The notes: generated by a model not told the origin, from the letters alone. A DNA stretch of 63,736 nucleotides from Gracilinanus agilis (GCF_016433145.1 NC_058132.1:88355754-88419489); one strand, 5' to 3'. Counted from the first letter of the stretch, positions 1 to 12,012 are shown. Numbers and translations: made by a program.

Positions 1-207
1 GCAGCTCTGGGAAGATTAAAACATTCCAGCATTTTCTGTTATAGACTCATACCTCATTAATGACCTTTCAATACTCCTGAGGATATCCTGCCCAGTGGGT
101 GCTTTTTTTCCAGGAAAAGGGAGTTTCAGGTATCCAAGCTGAGTTCTCTACCTGTAGACTTGACCTCTTCGGCATAGGCCTTGCCAGGTGGGGGGAGGTC
201 TTCCCTT

Positions 208-1170
208 CTAATACCTTCTATCAGTGACTTTTTTTTGGAAGAGCATCTGGACCAATCCATGACGGATCTGCTTGGTCTTAATGCTATAGACAACTGGGTT
301 GACCACAGGGGGCACTAGGAGATAGACATTGGCTAGGAGGAGGCGGACAGCAGGAGCAGCATGTTTCACAAATCGATGCACCATGGCCACTCCAATCATA
401 GGCACATAGTATACAAGCACAGCACAGATGTGTGACACACATGTGTTGAGAGCCTTCCGCCTACCTTCCCCAGAGGCAATGCCTAGCACTGTATGGAGGA
501 TCAGCCCATAGGAGATGACGATGAGCAAGGAGTCCAATCCAAAGGTGGAGGTGACAATACACAGCCCCAGAATGCTATTGGGACGTGTGTTCCCGCAGGG
601 TAGCTGAATCAGGTCTGAATGAAGGCAGTAAGAGTGGGAGAGGGTGTTGTGACCACAGAAGGGCAGGCGCCTCAGGAGGAATGGCAGTGGAAACATGATC
701 ACCACACTCTTTAACCCAATAGCGATGCCTGTGCGGGCAATGCGGGGCAGAGTTAAGATGGTTGTATAGCGCAGTGGGCTGTAGATGGTTATGAAACGAT
801 CCACAGACATGGCCAGCAAGACAGCTGACTCCATGATGGAGAAGGAGTGGATGGAGAACATCTGGAACAAGCAGGCATCAAAATTGATCTCATTGGAGTT
901 AAAGAGAAAGATGCTTATCACAGTAGGTAGAGTGGAGGCTGAGACCCCAAGCTCAGAGAAAGCTAACATAGCCAGGAACAAGTACATGGGTTGGTGAAGA
1001 GGAGGACTGCCATGGATCACTAGTAGGATCAGGCTATTGCCAACAAGGGCCACGAGGTACATGGAGCAAAAGGGGATGGCGAGCCAAGGGTAGATAGCCT
1101 CCAGCCCAGGGAGGCCTGTGAGGAGGAAGGTCTCTGGTGTGAACTGGCTAATGTTGAATGTCATCCCCAT
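208..1170 (-). CDS. Class I olfactory receptor, family 51 (OR51J/OR51K-like clade), intact
   Basis: 7TM OR motifs [31 protein letters not shown] and PPVVNPVVYSIKT. The ORF track starts at 1224, but the likely start is Met at 1170 or 1164 (MGMTFNISQF, with N-glycosylation sequon NIS), just after a predicted acceptor ttctcAG at 1181-1182. Segments such as TSTFGLDSLLIVISYGLILHTVLGIA match recalled OR51J1/OR51K sequences. Confidence 0.95.
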   Translation of the reverse strand: MGMTFNISQFTPETFLLTGLPGLEAIYPWLAIPFCSMYLVALVGNSLILLVIHGSPPLHQPMYLFLAMLAFSELGVSASTLPTVISIFLFNSNEINFDACLFQMFSIHSFSIMESAVLLAMSVDRFITIYSPLRYTTILTLPRIARTGIAIGLKSVVIMFPLPFLLRRLPFCGHNTLSHSYCLHSDLIQLPCGNTRPNSILGLCIVTSTFGLDSLLIVISYGLILHTVLGIASGEGRRKALNTCVSHICAVLVYYVPMIGVAMVHRFVKHAAPAVRLLLANVYLLVPPVVNPVVYSIKTKQIRHGLVQMLFQKKVTDRRY

Positions 1171-2102
1171 TCCCAAGTCTCTGAGAAGGTGTTCAGGAAG
1201 GAACCTAGGATGTGATAGACACATTTAGGCATTATACATGCAACTTATGAAGCTGTCAATTGAATAGAAGTAGTAGAGCTTAACTTCATGGCCCAACCAG
1301 CTGAGCTATCCCAAGAAGTGGATAAATAAATCAAAGAGCACACTTAAGTTAATTGTTTTTCTCTATTCATTTTTTACAAAACATACATATGACTCAATCT
1401 TTAATATTTGTATTTGTTTAATGAATTTAAGGTAAAGTATAATTCAGTATAATATTTAGAGAAATATATAAATACTTGAGTAGATTATATCATTTTCCTT
1501 AGTAAACTTTAAAATTTATCAATCATTTTCAGTCTGGTCTTGGTTTTCTCAATCACGGCTAACTATATAACTCATCCTGATTCATGATGCTTAGATCTCA
1601 AAGACAGTGCCAGTGAAATGCAAACAGAGCTTACCAAGCTAAGAAAACATAGGGTCAGAGGGAGACAAATTCACAGGCTTAGATAACCATTTTTCTCCCC
1701 CTCTAAGGAACATCTTCAGTGCATTCTCTTCACACCTTCCAGCTTTTCTTTTTAGATCTTCCTCCTTACCCTTTCATTAACCTTAAAATTTCTCCCCAGG
1801 CTCTCTACCTATAAATACAGGTATCTTTATAGATGGATAACTACTTAGTTTCCTTTGTCATCCTTTATTTTATTTCATACATTGAAAAGACTACTCTGAG
1901 AAGGGGTCAATAGATTTTATCAGATTGCCAAAAGATGTTTATGACAGAAACAGAAAAGTGTATTGACTGAAATTCTCCAGAGGTAGTATTTCTTAATTTT
2001 AAAACAATTTTTTAGTTGGTCAGTCAAGAAATCCTAATCTGGTCAAGTGATTCTCTTGGAGGCAGTAGGAGTGGGAGAGGGTGTTGTGCCTGACCCCCAT
2101 TC

Positions 2103-2210
2103 ACCTGGTCCAGGTATCTATGCACACTTCAGGGAGGTCATTTTTCAGTTCCTCCCTTGAGCATCCCAAGACATCTCTCCCTTGAGCATCAGTTATTTAT
2201 ATCTAATTAG
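2103..2210 (-). promoter_or_regulatory. Predicted promoter and non-coding first exon of the OR at 208-1170
   Basis: On the minus strand: homeodomain-like CTAATTAG (2203-2210), GATATAAATA (2194-2203), two GCTCAAGGGAG O/E-like sites, then donor CAG|GTGAAT (GT at 2104-2103). Confidence 0.55.
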
Positions 2211-2626
2211 GAGGTAGTCCATCAAACTTTCAGAATTTCTCCACACCTACAGGTTATGATTATCACTTACAGAGAAAAATAATCACTATAAAATCTTCCT
2301 GTTAGCTAGATTTTGTGAAAGGATTACATTCCTTTGGATTCCTTAGAAACAAAAGAAATGTACAAACCTATAGTCTGGATGGTGCCTATGATTCAAAACC
2401 CTCGTATAGGAATCATCTCTAATATATGGGAATTGATGAGATCCTTTTAATCTAGGGTCCCAATATAAGAATTAATACAGTATATGAAAAATAAATTCTC
2501 ACAAAAGTTAAGAACCCCTCCTCCTAGCCAATCATAAGGTCTCCTTGGTGGCACAACAGTGCTGTTTCAATCTTATTTTCTGATATGTAGTCAATTATTT
2601 ACACCTCTCTCTTACCAAGAGGAAAT

Positions 2627-2629
2627 ATC

Positions 2630-2704
<75 letters not shown>

Positions 2705-2708
2705 ATCT
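2627..2708. repeat. (TCTA)n microsatellite
   Basis: Direct reading. Confidence 0.98.
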
Positions 2709-3289
2709 ATATACATATATCTATATCACTGTCTCATAAGCTTAGGGACACATGAAGACATGTTCTATGTGCTCATAGGGAGACTATAATAACTCGGCCA
2801 TTTGGAAACAGATTGAGTTAAATTGTGAAGGCTTCTTGGAAGAGGTAAATATGGAACAAGGTTTGGAAGGAATGAAAGCATCTGTCTGGATGAGAGGATG
2901 AGAAATATCTAGGGTTGGAAGAAGGTCATTGGGATGGCTGAGAGGGGGCATATGACCCATTTAGTTCCCTACCTTTATTCTCAGAAGTCAGTAGCTCCCA
3001 AAGATTTTTCCAGAGATATGACTTCTGGAGAAGAAATTTGACTTAGAGCCAATAGTTTCCATAGCTATTTTGGGCACCTGGAGGTAATGGTTCAATGATT
3101 CATGTATTGGCTAGTCCTATGTGCGGATTACCTTCATGATGTGATATGATGAGAGTGGAGAGGAACTCTCTGATCTCAAATCTCTCCAACTTGACATGTT
3201 CACAAAACTCTGCCAGTAAAGAAAAATTTCTTTGGGAGTGAGTAATTCTCTTTCTGGGTTCTCTTCACCTCAAGGTTTATGCATTTAAT

Positions 3290-4320
3290 TTCCTATATTT
3301 GTTATGTGCTCATTGGATGCCTTCTCTCCAATGACCTTGCCTCAGTCTACATTCATTTTTTTTTGAGCTCTCTGCAGCATCTGACACTGTTGATCACTCT
3401 TTTCTCTTCTATACTCTCTATGTTTTCTGATATTGCTTTCTCTTGGGTTCTCCACCTTCCTATCTGACCATTCCTTTGTCTCCTCTGTTGCCTTTTCATC
3501 GACATCATGACTGCTCTCTGTGAGTGTCCATCTGGGCTCTGTCCTGCACTCTCTTCTCCCTCTATACTGTTTAATTTGGTGATCTCTTCAGTTCTCATAT
3601 ATTCAGTGATCTCTTGGATCCACTGGTCTGGCCCTGACATCTCTCTTGATCTCCAGCCTTGCATCTCTGGCTGCCTATTGGATATCCAAACTGAATGTTC
3701 CATACACATCTTTATTGCAACATATCCAAAACTGAACTAATTATTTTCTCCCCAAACTTCTCTTTTTTCTAATCCAGGGGACCACCATTCTCTTAGTGAG
3801 TAGGTTCATGACCTCGGTGTCATCTTCTACTCTTCATTCTCTTACCTCATTCTACTTCTTTAACCAATTATTTGCTAAGTTCTATCATTTTTACCTTCAC
3901 ATTATCACTCATATATGCCTCTTTTTCTCCTCTGATGTTAATACTACCTTGGTGCAGGCCTTTAGAATTTCATGCCAGCAGGCTAATGCAATAGATTGCT
4001 GTAATAGGATATTGCAGTAGACTATTGGTCTTTTTGCCTTGTCTCTCCCTACTCCTCACTCATCTGGAAAACTAATCTCCCTAAGATATAGGTCTGACCA
4101 TACTATCTCATTCTTCACTTCTTTCAATAAAATCTTAATGACTCTCTATTGGTTCCAGGATTGAATATAAATGTTTTGCCTTTTAGAACTCTTTATAATT
4201 TGATCTTTTCCTACCTTTCCAGTCTTCTAATACCTTACTCTTCTCATATATTCTGTGATCTAGTGGTACTAGCTTTCTTGCTATTTTTCTTACCTGCCAT
4301 TCCATTACATGACTCCCAGT
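3290..4320 (+). mobile_element. L2 LINE fragment
   Basis: Pyrimidine-rich L2 ORF2/3' sequence homologous to 8660-9995. Confidence 0.75.
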
Positions 4321-4399
4321 GTTCTTACTGGCTCTCCCTCATCTCTGGAGTACTCTGCCTTTCTCTCTCTCTCTCTCTCTCTCACTTTCTTTTTTCTCT

Positions 4400-4581
4400 T
4401 TTTTTTTAAACCCTTAACTTCTGTGTATTAGTTCCTTGGTGGAAGAGCAGTAAGGGTAGGCAATGGGGGTTAAGTGACTTGCCCAGGGTCACACAGCTGG
4501 GAAGTGTCTGAGGCCAGATTTGAACCTCGGACCTCCCGTCTCTAGGCCTGGCTCTCAATCCACTGAGATACCCAGCTGCCC
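4400..4581 (-). mobile_element. SINE-1_MD-type tRNA/CORE SINE
   Basis: Full-length reverse copy with TSD CTCTCTCTCACTTTCTT. Confidence 0.9.
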
Positions 4582-6696
4582 CTCTCTCTCACTTTCTTTA
4601 AGTGTCAGCTAAAGCCTTCTATCCTACAAGAAATCTTTCCTTAATTTTAGTGCCTTCCTTCTGAGACTACCCCCAAATTTATCTTGCATATGAAATCATT
4701 TATACTTACTTTTTTGTGTGTTGTCTCCTTCATTGCACTGTGACCTCTTTGAGAGCAATATCTGTTTTTTGCTAATCTTTATATTCTCCAGAATTTAGTT
4801 CGGTGTTTGGTATATAATAGGTTCTTTATAAATGCTTTATAAAATAAAAAAATTATAAATAAATAAAATGATTTATAAATATTTATAAATGCCTGACCAG
4901 CCCATTTCTGGTCCAGGGATAAAAATCTAACAAATCTTATATTTACTTAATACTTATGCCTGCCTTTTTGCTCAGTCATTCAGTAGGAATTCATTCTCTC
5001 TCTTGAATTCTTTCTTCTAAAATTTTGAATAAGAGAATATCATTCCCTTGACCTGAAGGCTTCGCAGCTGTAGACATGGGGTACACAACTTAAAATAAAT
5101 AGGCTCTACCCCAATTGGCCATAGAATTTCTTCCCCTAAACTTCTTAAAGTTTACTTTAGCCCACCCTTTCCCTTCCTGCTCTCCTAGACTTTTGAAAAC
5201 CCACCTGCCTCTCTAAGGAGGTTAGTCCTGAGGTTAGGAAGGGTGGTCAGTGGTTTATTTATCCTGCTTTATGAGTCTGTCATCTCTGCCTTTCCTTCAT
5301 CATCTCCACCCCTTCAACCTGATGTCACCACATCAGCTAGCACAACTCCAATGGGAATACAAGATGAGCCAGTTGTAGAAGGAGGTTATGCTAGAGAATT
5401 CTTGAAAACACCAGAGATTATAACTTGGAGGAGATATTAGGGAACAGAAGGGAATAGGGAAGATGATAGGATCATAACAAATTGATCTTTTCTAGAGAGA
5501 CCTCAGAACCAAAGCAGAACAAGATGATGGTGTGTTTGTATATGTGTGCCTATGTCTGAGTTTATGTAGTAGAGAGCATATTGGACTTGGAGGCAGAAAA
5601 CATGGGTTCAAATTTCAGCTTTGCTACTTGCTTTATGTCATTCTAAACAAGTCTCTTAACCTCTCTGGGTCTCCCATTTCCCCACTTAAAAAGTGAGGAG
5701 CTAGGACTAGATGGATAAGGTCCCTTCTACTTCTAAATCTCTGATCTTGTAACACTGTGGATTAGTATGATTGGTCCTCTTTCAATGTTACAGCTTGGGA
5801 AACTTTTGGGCATAGGCATTCTAGGGATCTTTCATCAGACGAGAACTGTTCTGGAGATAGGAAAGATGTTGTGGTTATTTAATAAAGGGAGTTGGTTGAC
5901 TCCTAGTGCCGTATGATGCCTCCATCTGGGGTCCTTGTGATTGTTTCTGTGGTTGTCTATCTTGCAGGAGGGATGGTGGTACCGCTGTTAATCACATCTT
6001 CTTAGACAAAACGAATATTCTGAGTACTCAAGGCAGAGGTACAGCCTCCAACTAGGGCAGAGTACATCCAAGGGTAGGGTACTCCTACGGATATCTTGGG
6101 AACATCAGGAGATATGAGTAGAGCTGTCTTTAGCTTAGTGGATCCCTTCATTCATCCAGGAAACATTGTTATGAGCCTCCAATTTGCAATGTCTGGGTCT
6201 TCTTTTTCCTTGGATTTCTTGATTCTGATGTCCATATCCAACCCCCTGAAGTCAACACATACTTAATATATCGAACACAATAATAGCTAACATTAGAGAG
6301 CTTATTATGTGTCAGGCACTCTGTTAAGTGTTTTACAATTATTATCTTATTTAATCTTCAGAACAACTTTGACTAGGTGCTAATATTACCCCATTGTACA
6401 GTCGAGAAAACTGAGGCAAACATATTTTAAGTGTCTGAGTGGGATTCACTTAAACTAAAGTCTAAGTCCTAGTAGGACTAGAATAGCATTGGGCACGGGC
6501 AAATAATCAATAGAGTGAAATCTGCACAAGACTCCCTGTCCATGCCTGACGCTGCTCTATGTGTCCCCACAAAGCTTTCATTTCTGTTTTGATCAGCGAT
6601 TCCATGCAGTCATGTCCACCGCGGTGTGATCCTTCAGTGTCATCACCTGTTGAGGTTTCTGCTCTCATCTGTTCCTGAGCCATCTACTGCTTTCTT

Positions 6697-6712
6697 CTGC
6701 CACCTGCTGGTC
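6697..6712 (-). promoter_or_regulatory. Candidate CTCF-binding motif
   Basis: Minus strand reads GACCAGCAGGTGGCAG, a near-perfect match to CCASYAGRKGGCRS, in non-repetitive sequence that retains CpGs. Confidence 0.55.
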
Positions 6713-8084
6713 TTCCTTTGAAATGCAACTTCCATTTCTGTGCTATTACTTTCTCTTCAGTAACCCTTGGATTCATCATTTTCTTTTCATGCTCATTTAA
6801 CACCTGATCAGTAGCCAAAGTTCATTGATCCTATCTCGAAAATATATTTTATCCTTTTTTCTCCTCTCATACAGCTTCTTTCCTGGCTTAAATGATGACA
6901 ATGATTTCCTAATTGATTTCCTCATCTCTAGACTCCTCCTTCTCCAGTTTCCCACACGGATGTCAAATATGTGCTTAAAACGCAGATCTGACTGAACTAA
7001 CCCCCTCTACCCCAATAAAACAAAATTAAACTTCAATGGCACCATATTGTCTCTTAGAATAAAAAGTACAAATTCTCAGCATGATAAAACCCTGTTCATT
7101 CCAGTCGAAGTGTCCTGCTATCTTGTCTCCAGATGAGATAGTCCACTTTCTTTTGCTTTTCCTTGCATAAGTGCCTACAATGCACTGCTTTCTCATCTCA
7201 GACTTAATACAATCTCTAACCTTCAAAGCACCATTCAGGGAGACTTTTCCTGATCCCTCAGGTTATTTTCATTATCTCTTCTTCTGTAAATTACTTTCTA
7301 CATGCTTTATATTCATTCACTTGTCTATATGTTATGTCCAATATATTTCCCCTTGCCTTTTAAGCTCCTTGAGGACAAGGGTTGTTTTTATAAGCTTCCA
7401 AACATATTAGGATCTTAACAAATGTTTGTTGATTGGAATTTTCAACCTTCATATGGGAAAAAAATGATTTAATGGCAATTGGCAAAATGTTGCCACTGTT
7501 AACATATTTTATATTATTTAGGTGGAGCTATAAGATTCCTTCTAGCTTGATGATCCTCTGTTTTCTCAGAACTGAAGAACAAACTCTGATGTTCATTTGT
7601 TATGTGATCTTGGGCAAATCTCCTTTTCTCTCTGGACCTTAGTCTCCTCTGTTAAAAGGATAGCTAGGTTGTTATTGGTAGAAAGACTTATTTCCTCCCC
7701 TCTTATTTTGCTTCTTTCTTATGAAGGGCAAATCTTTGGATTGGGAAAGATGAAGCAAAAATGGTTAGCAGCGTCCCAAACTCTGGTTCCAAAGCCAATT
7801 GGTATAGGACTTTCTCCTCTTTGGAGGAGATGAATGTGCTTTCATGTGTGAGGCACAGGTAGGAGTTGGTGAGAGTTGGAGCTCCAATCTTCACCCATTG
7901 TCTTCCAACTTTGAGGAATTAATATCCAGCAGTGAGGGGAGTCTCATAAAAATGGGATTACCACAGAGAAAGGAAACCCAAGATCAGTCAAGAGATACTT
8001 AAGCATAACATTACCTTTAATGATATCATAAAAAAAAATAAGGTCATATAGAAGGAATTTCAGAGGTTATTTAGAGCAACCAAT

Positions 8085-8270
8085 ATCTAAATAAGAATCT
8101 TTTCTACACTAGGACTGAATGCAGGATTCCAGATGCTTTCTGATCAGGGAAGAGTATAAAGCACATCTATCAGATCCCTAATTCCATTCCTTTGGAATTT
8201 ATGCAACCCAACCATGAGTCAGTTTTTTTTGACTCCCACGTTGCCTCCCTGAACTTTTTTGAGCTAACAA
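8085..8270 (-). mobile_element. L3/CR1 fragment
   Basis: Minus-strand LGCIN... followed by CCCTGATCAGAAAGCATCTGGAATCCTGCATTCAG. Confidence 0.6.
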
Positions 8271-8659
8271 TCCACCAAGTTGTCCAAACATTTTCACTTG
8301 ATCTCCTTTCTAGCCATACCTCCCAAATCTGATACATATGCACTTGAGTTTTTGAGAGGAGTAAGAGATGTGAGGATAAGGGACAAAAGGAAAGAAAGAT
8401 GAAAAGTGGAGAAATTATGCTAAAAAAACTCCTTCCCCCATATACATGTTGTGCAAAATTTCTTGGAGTCATAGAATCTGAAAAGGAATTCAGAGGCTAT
8501 TTACTTTAATCTATACTTCACCAAGAATTTCCTCTCTAACCTGCCCACATGGTCATCTGGCCTTTGTTGGGATGAATTTCTTTAGTGAAGATGACCCATT
8601 GTCTCTAAGGTGGCCCATTCCACTTTTGCAAGGCTCATTCTGTTGAAATTTCTCTCTCT

Positions 8660-9995
8660 AAATTACTAATTACCTCTTAGTTGCCAAATCCTGTAACTTT
8701 TTTCCTATCCTCAATTCTCAGTCTCTATAGCCTTTGACTATTGCTCAGGTTTTCCTCCTTGATATTGTCTTCTCTGTGGATTTTTGGAACATCAAATTTT
8801 CCTGGTTCTCTCCCTATATATGTGACTGCTCCTTTTCTGTCTACTTTGCTGGATCCTCTTTCAGTTCATGACTTCTAACCACTGGTATCCCTCAGGGTTA
8901 AGTCTTGGGCCCTCTTCTTTTCTCTATCTTACCACTTCACTAGGTGATCTCATCAGTTCCCATTGATTTAATTACCAGTTCTATGCTGAAGATTTTCAGA
9001 TCTACCTATCTTGCCTAAGTCTCTCTGCTGACCTCCAGTCTTGCATCTCCAACTGCCTTTCAGATATCTTGAATTAAATGTCCATTAGACATCTTTAACT
9101 CAACACATCTCAAACTGGATTTATCTTTCCCCCAACCTCTCTCCTCCTCTTACTAACTCTTACTGTAGAGGACAACACTATTCTTCTAATTTCTCAGGCT
9201 CAAAATTAGGAGTCACCCTGAGCTCTTCACTCTCCCCCATTATCCAATTTCTTGCCAAGGGCAGTCAATTTCACTTTTGTATCATTTCTGGATTGTGCTC
9301 CCTTCTATTCTCTGACGTTTGCCACCATTCAGGTACAGGTCCTCATTGCCTCAGGCATAGACTAATCCAATAGCCTGCTGGTGATCCTGCCTGCCTCAAG
9401 TCTCTCCATTCCAACTCATTTTCCATTCAGCCATTAAAGTGTTTTTGGCAAATTGCAGGTCCAATCATGTCATCCTGGTACTCCATAAACACCAGTGGTT
9501 CCTTATTGCCTCCAGGATCAAATACAGAAAGCTCTGTCTGGCCTTCATTATCCTTTTCAACCTAGCCCCCTCCTACTTGTTCAGGCTTCTTACACCTTAC
9601 TCCTTAACTCTTCCATCCAGTGACACTGGTCTCCTGGCTATTCCACCAACAAGACATTCCACCTGTTAGCTCCAGGCATTTTCTCTGGCTGTCCCCCATG
9701 TCTGGAAAGTTGTCCCTCCTCTGCCTACTGACCTCCTTGACTTCCTTTAAGTCTCAATTAAAATCTCATCTGTTACTGGAACCTTTCTTCAAACTCTCTT
9801 AATTCTAGTGTCTTCTCTTTGTTAATTATTTTCTTTTTGTCCTATATATAGCTTGGTTTGTATGCGCGTTATCTTCTCCATTAGATTTTAAGTTCCTTCA
9901 AGCAGGGACTACCTTTGCCTCTTTTTGTATACCCAGCATGTAATATAATGCCTTGCGTGTAGCAGACACTTAAATGTTCATGGATTGATTGAATT
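8660..9995 (+). mobile_element. L2 LINE 3' fragment
   Basis: RT motifs GIPQG*VLGPLLFS and YAEDFQIY, ending in the L2 tail AATGTTCATGGATTGATTGAA. Confidence 0.9.
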
Positions 9996-10247
9996 CTACT
10001 CATCAGGAAGTCTTCCCTGACATCTAAGTCTACCTGTGCTGCTCATGGTGGCTCAGATATCAACTGATTACCTAAATATTAATTTAATACAACAAAGAAT
10101 TAAGAAGTTGAGAGTTGGGGTGCAACTAATATTGCTCTTGGTTTTTTTTTTTTTTTTTAGTTGGGGTGGGAATAGGGTATTGTGGTCTCAGGCTCCAACT
10201 ACAAGGAGATATAGAAATCTGTTGACCCGGGTTCTTATAGTGTAGAG

Positions 10248-10439
10248 CAGTGGTTCCCAAATTTTTTTGGCCTACCACCCCCTTTCCAGAAAAAATATTA
10301 TTTAGCATCCCCTGTCACATACTATCACCACCCCCTTACAGTTATTCACCACCCCCAAATGCACCTGTGGCTATCACCATCCTCCTAGATCGCTGCAGCA
10401 CCCACCAGGGGGCAGTGGGGCCCACTTTGGGAATCACTG
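10248..10439. mobile_element. Non-autonomous hAT (Charlie-type) MITE, 192 bp
   Basis: TIRs CAGTGGTTCCCAAA ... TTTGGGAATCACTG. Left flank GTGTAGAG resembles the Charlie nTCTAGAn target, but the right flank does not match it. Confidence 0.8.
10402..10417 (+). promoter_or_regulatory. Candidate CTCF-binding motif inside a hAT MITE
   Basis: CCACCAGGGGGCAGTG is a perfect core consensus match. Confidence 0.5.
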
Positions 10440-10749
10440 GAAATCAGATCACGAATGAGGGAAATTGATGTCATTGGTCCTTGTAAGCAGTATTATAGGA
10501 GAGGCATTGAAAGTCAAGGACTGTGGCTCAGTGTCTGCAGACTAACCTGGGGAAAGGGATGAATAAGGGAAAAGGAAAACAGAATAAGAATCATAAAAAA
10601 GAGTGGGAATGTAAGTGAGTGAGGAGGAAGGCAGGGGAGAAGAGGGAGAAATAATGAAAGAAGGGAAGTTAAATGGGTGGAGAGGGAAGAAAGAAAGAGT
10701 GACCTCGGTATCTCTGGTACTCTATGCTCAATTTACAACAGCTGAGCCC

Positions 10750-10919
10750 TGAATTTTCCCTGGGGATAGAAAAAGGAGAAGGATAAATATGCCCATAATA
10801 GACACTGGAATATGGTCTCTCAATGACTCAACTTTCTGCTGTCTGACTGCTGCTGTTTTCCTGCAGTGAGAACCAGTAGGGAGCAAACTTGGTCAGTTGG
10901 AGAATAGTCTGTGGTGAGT
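10750..10919 (+). promoter_or_regulatory. Predicted promoter and non-coding first exon of OR51M1
   Basis: O/E (EBF) palindrome TCCCTGGGGA (10757-10766), GATAAATATGCCC (10782-10794), TGACTCA (10824-10830) and donor GTG|GTGAGT (GT at 10914). Confidence 0.55.
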
Positions 10920-11837
10920 GTTTCATAGTTTAGATCTTTGCTTGATACTTTTAAGGATGGAGAGGGAAAGAGACTAGAGCAGGGCTATATGACATTTGGC
11001 TACAGTGGAAAATACCTTGAGCCTGGAATCAAGGGACTTGAATTTGACCCCCTGCTCTACCATTTCCTAACTCTGTGACCACGAACTCTTGAAGGCAGGG
11101 AATGACTTGTGCCTTTCTTTGTATTTCTAGCTCTTAGTCCAGTGCCTGGCATGTAGTAAGTGCTTAAAAATGTTTATTGACTGAGTAACTGTAACCCTTG
11201 GCAAGTGATTTTTCTTCTCTGGGTCTTGGTTTCCTTAATTTTTTTAAAAAATAAAGTAAGAGATTGGACTTCCCCATCTATGAAGGTTTTTATTTATTTA
11301 TTTTATTAAAAAATATTTTCCATGTTTCCATGTTTCATTTTCTTTCCCTCCCCTCTTCCTTCTTACCCTCCCAGATATCATAAGCATTTCCACTGAGTTA
11401 TACAAATATCATCACTTATACCCATTTCCATATTAATTATTTTTACAATAGAGCAATCTTCTACTCAGGTTTTCACATTCATAATTATGTGACAGGAAAA
11501 GTAGAAAAAAAAGAGGACAGGGTTGGAGCAGCATTATTCTAAGGAATCTTAACTGTGATCTTAAATATGTGGAATGTCAAAAGGAAGTCCTTATACTTCT
11601 ATAAGATCATAGTTGTAGAGCCAGAAGAAATTTCATAGATCATATCATCTAATTCAATTTTATAAATGAGGAAGATGAGGCATAGGGATGTTTAAATGGC
11701 TTGCCTAAAGCCATATACCAAGTACTTGTTAGAGATGAAATTTACCTAGGTTCTTTTATTCTACAGTTTTCCTGCTGCACCATGATACCCATTCATCTAC
11801 TAGCAGCCTACTGTCTAATGCTTTGGTTCCTGTCTGT

Positions 11838-12012
11838 CTTAGAATCAATTCTGTGTATTGATTCCAAGGCAGAAGAGTGGTAAGGGCTAGGTATTGGGGG
11901 TTAAGTGACTTGCCCAAGGTCACACTGCTGGGAAGTGTCTGAGGCCAGATTTGAACCCAGGACCTCCCATCTCTTTTCCTGCTTCTCAATCCGCTGAGTC
12001 ACCTAGCTGCCC
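11838..12012 (-). mobile_element. SINE-1/SINE-2_MD-type SINE
   Basis: Reverse CORE-SINE head (GGGGCAGCTAGGTGACTCAG) and the marsupial tail GTATTGATTCCAAGGCAGAAG. Confidence 0.85.

Noticed and set aside
298-318. CTCF-like CAGGGGGCACTA inside the first OR CDS
   Set aside because: The 5' half of the motif is poor, and it is explained by the conserved TM7 VPP codons.
785-997. Antisense and alternate-frame ORFs overlapping the OR CDSs (also 13556-14186, 23250-24046, 35741-36537, 44006-44931)
   Set aside because: Shadow ORFs from the codon bias of OR genes, with no independent protein motifs. Their duplication simply follows the OR duplication.
1171-1224. 18-aa N-terminal extension of the first OR (MCLSHPRFLPEHLLRDLG)
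   Set aside because: It overlaps a predicted splice acceptor, so it is probably intron or UTR. The typical OR start is at 1170 or 1164.
4826-4890. AT-rich self-complementary stretch (ATTTATAAAT x2)
   Set aside because: Low-complexity expansion of an L2 tail, expected by chance.
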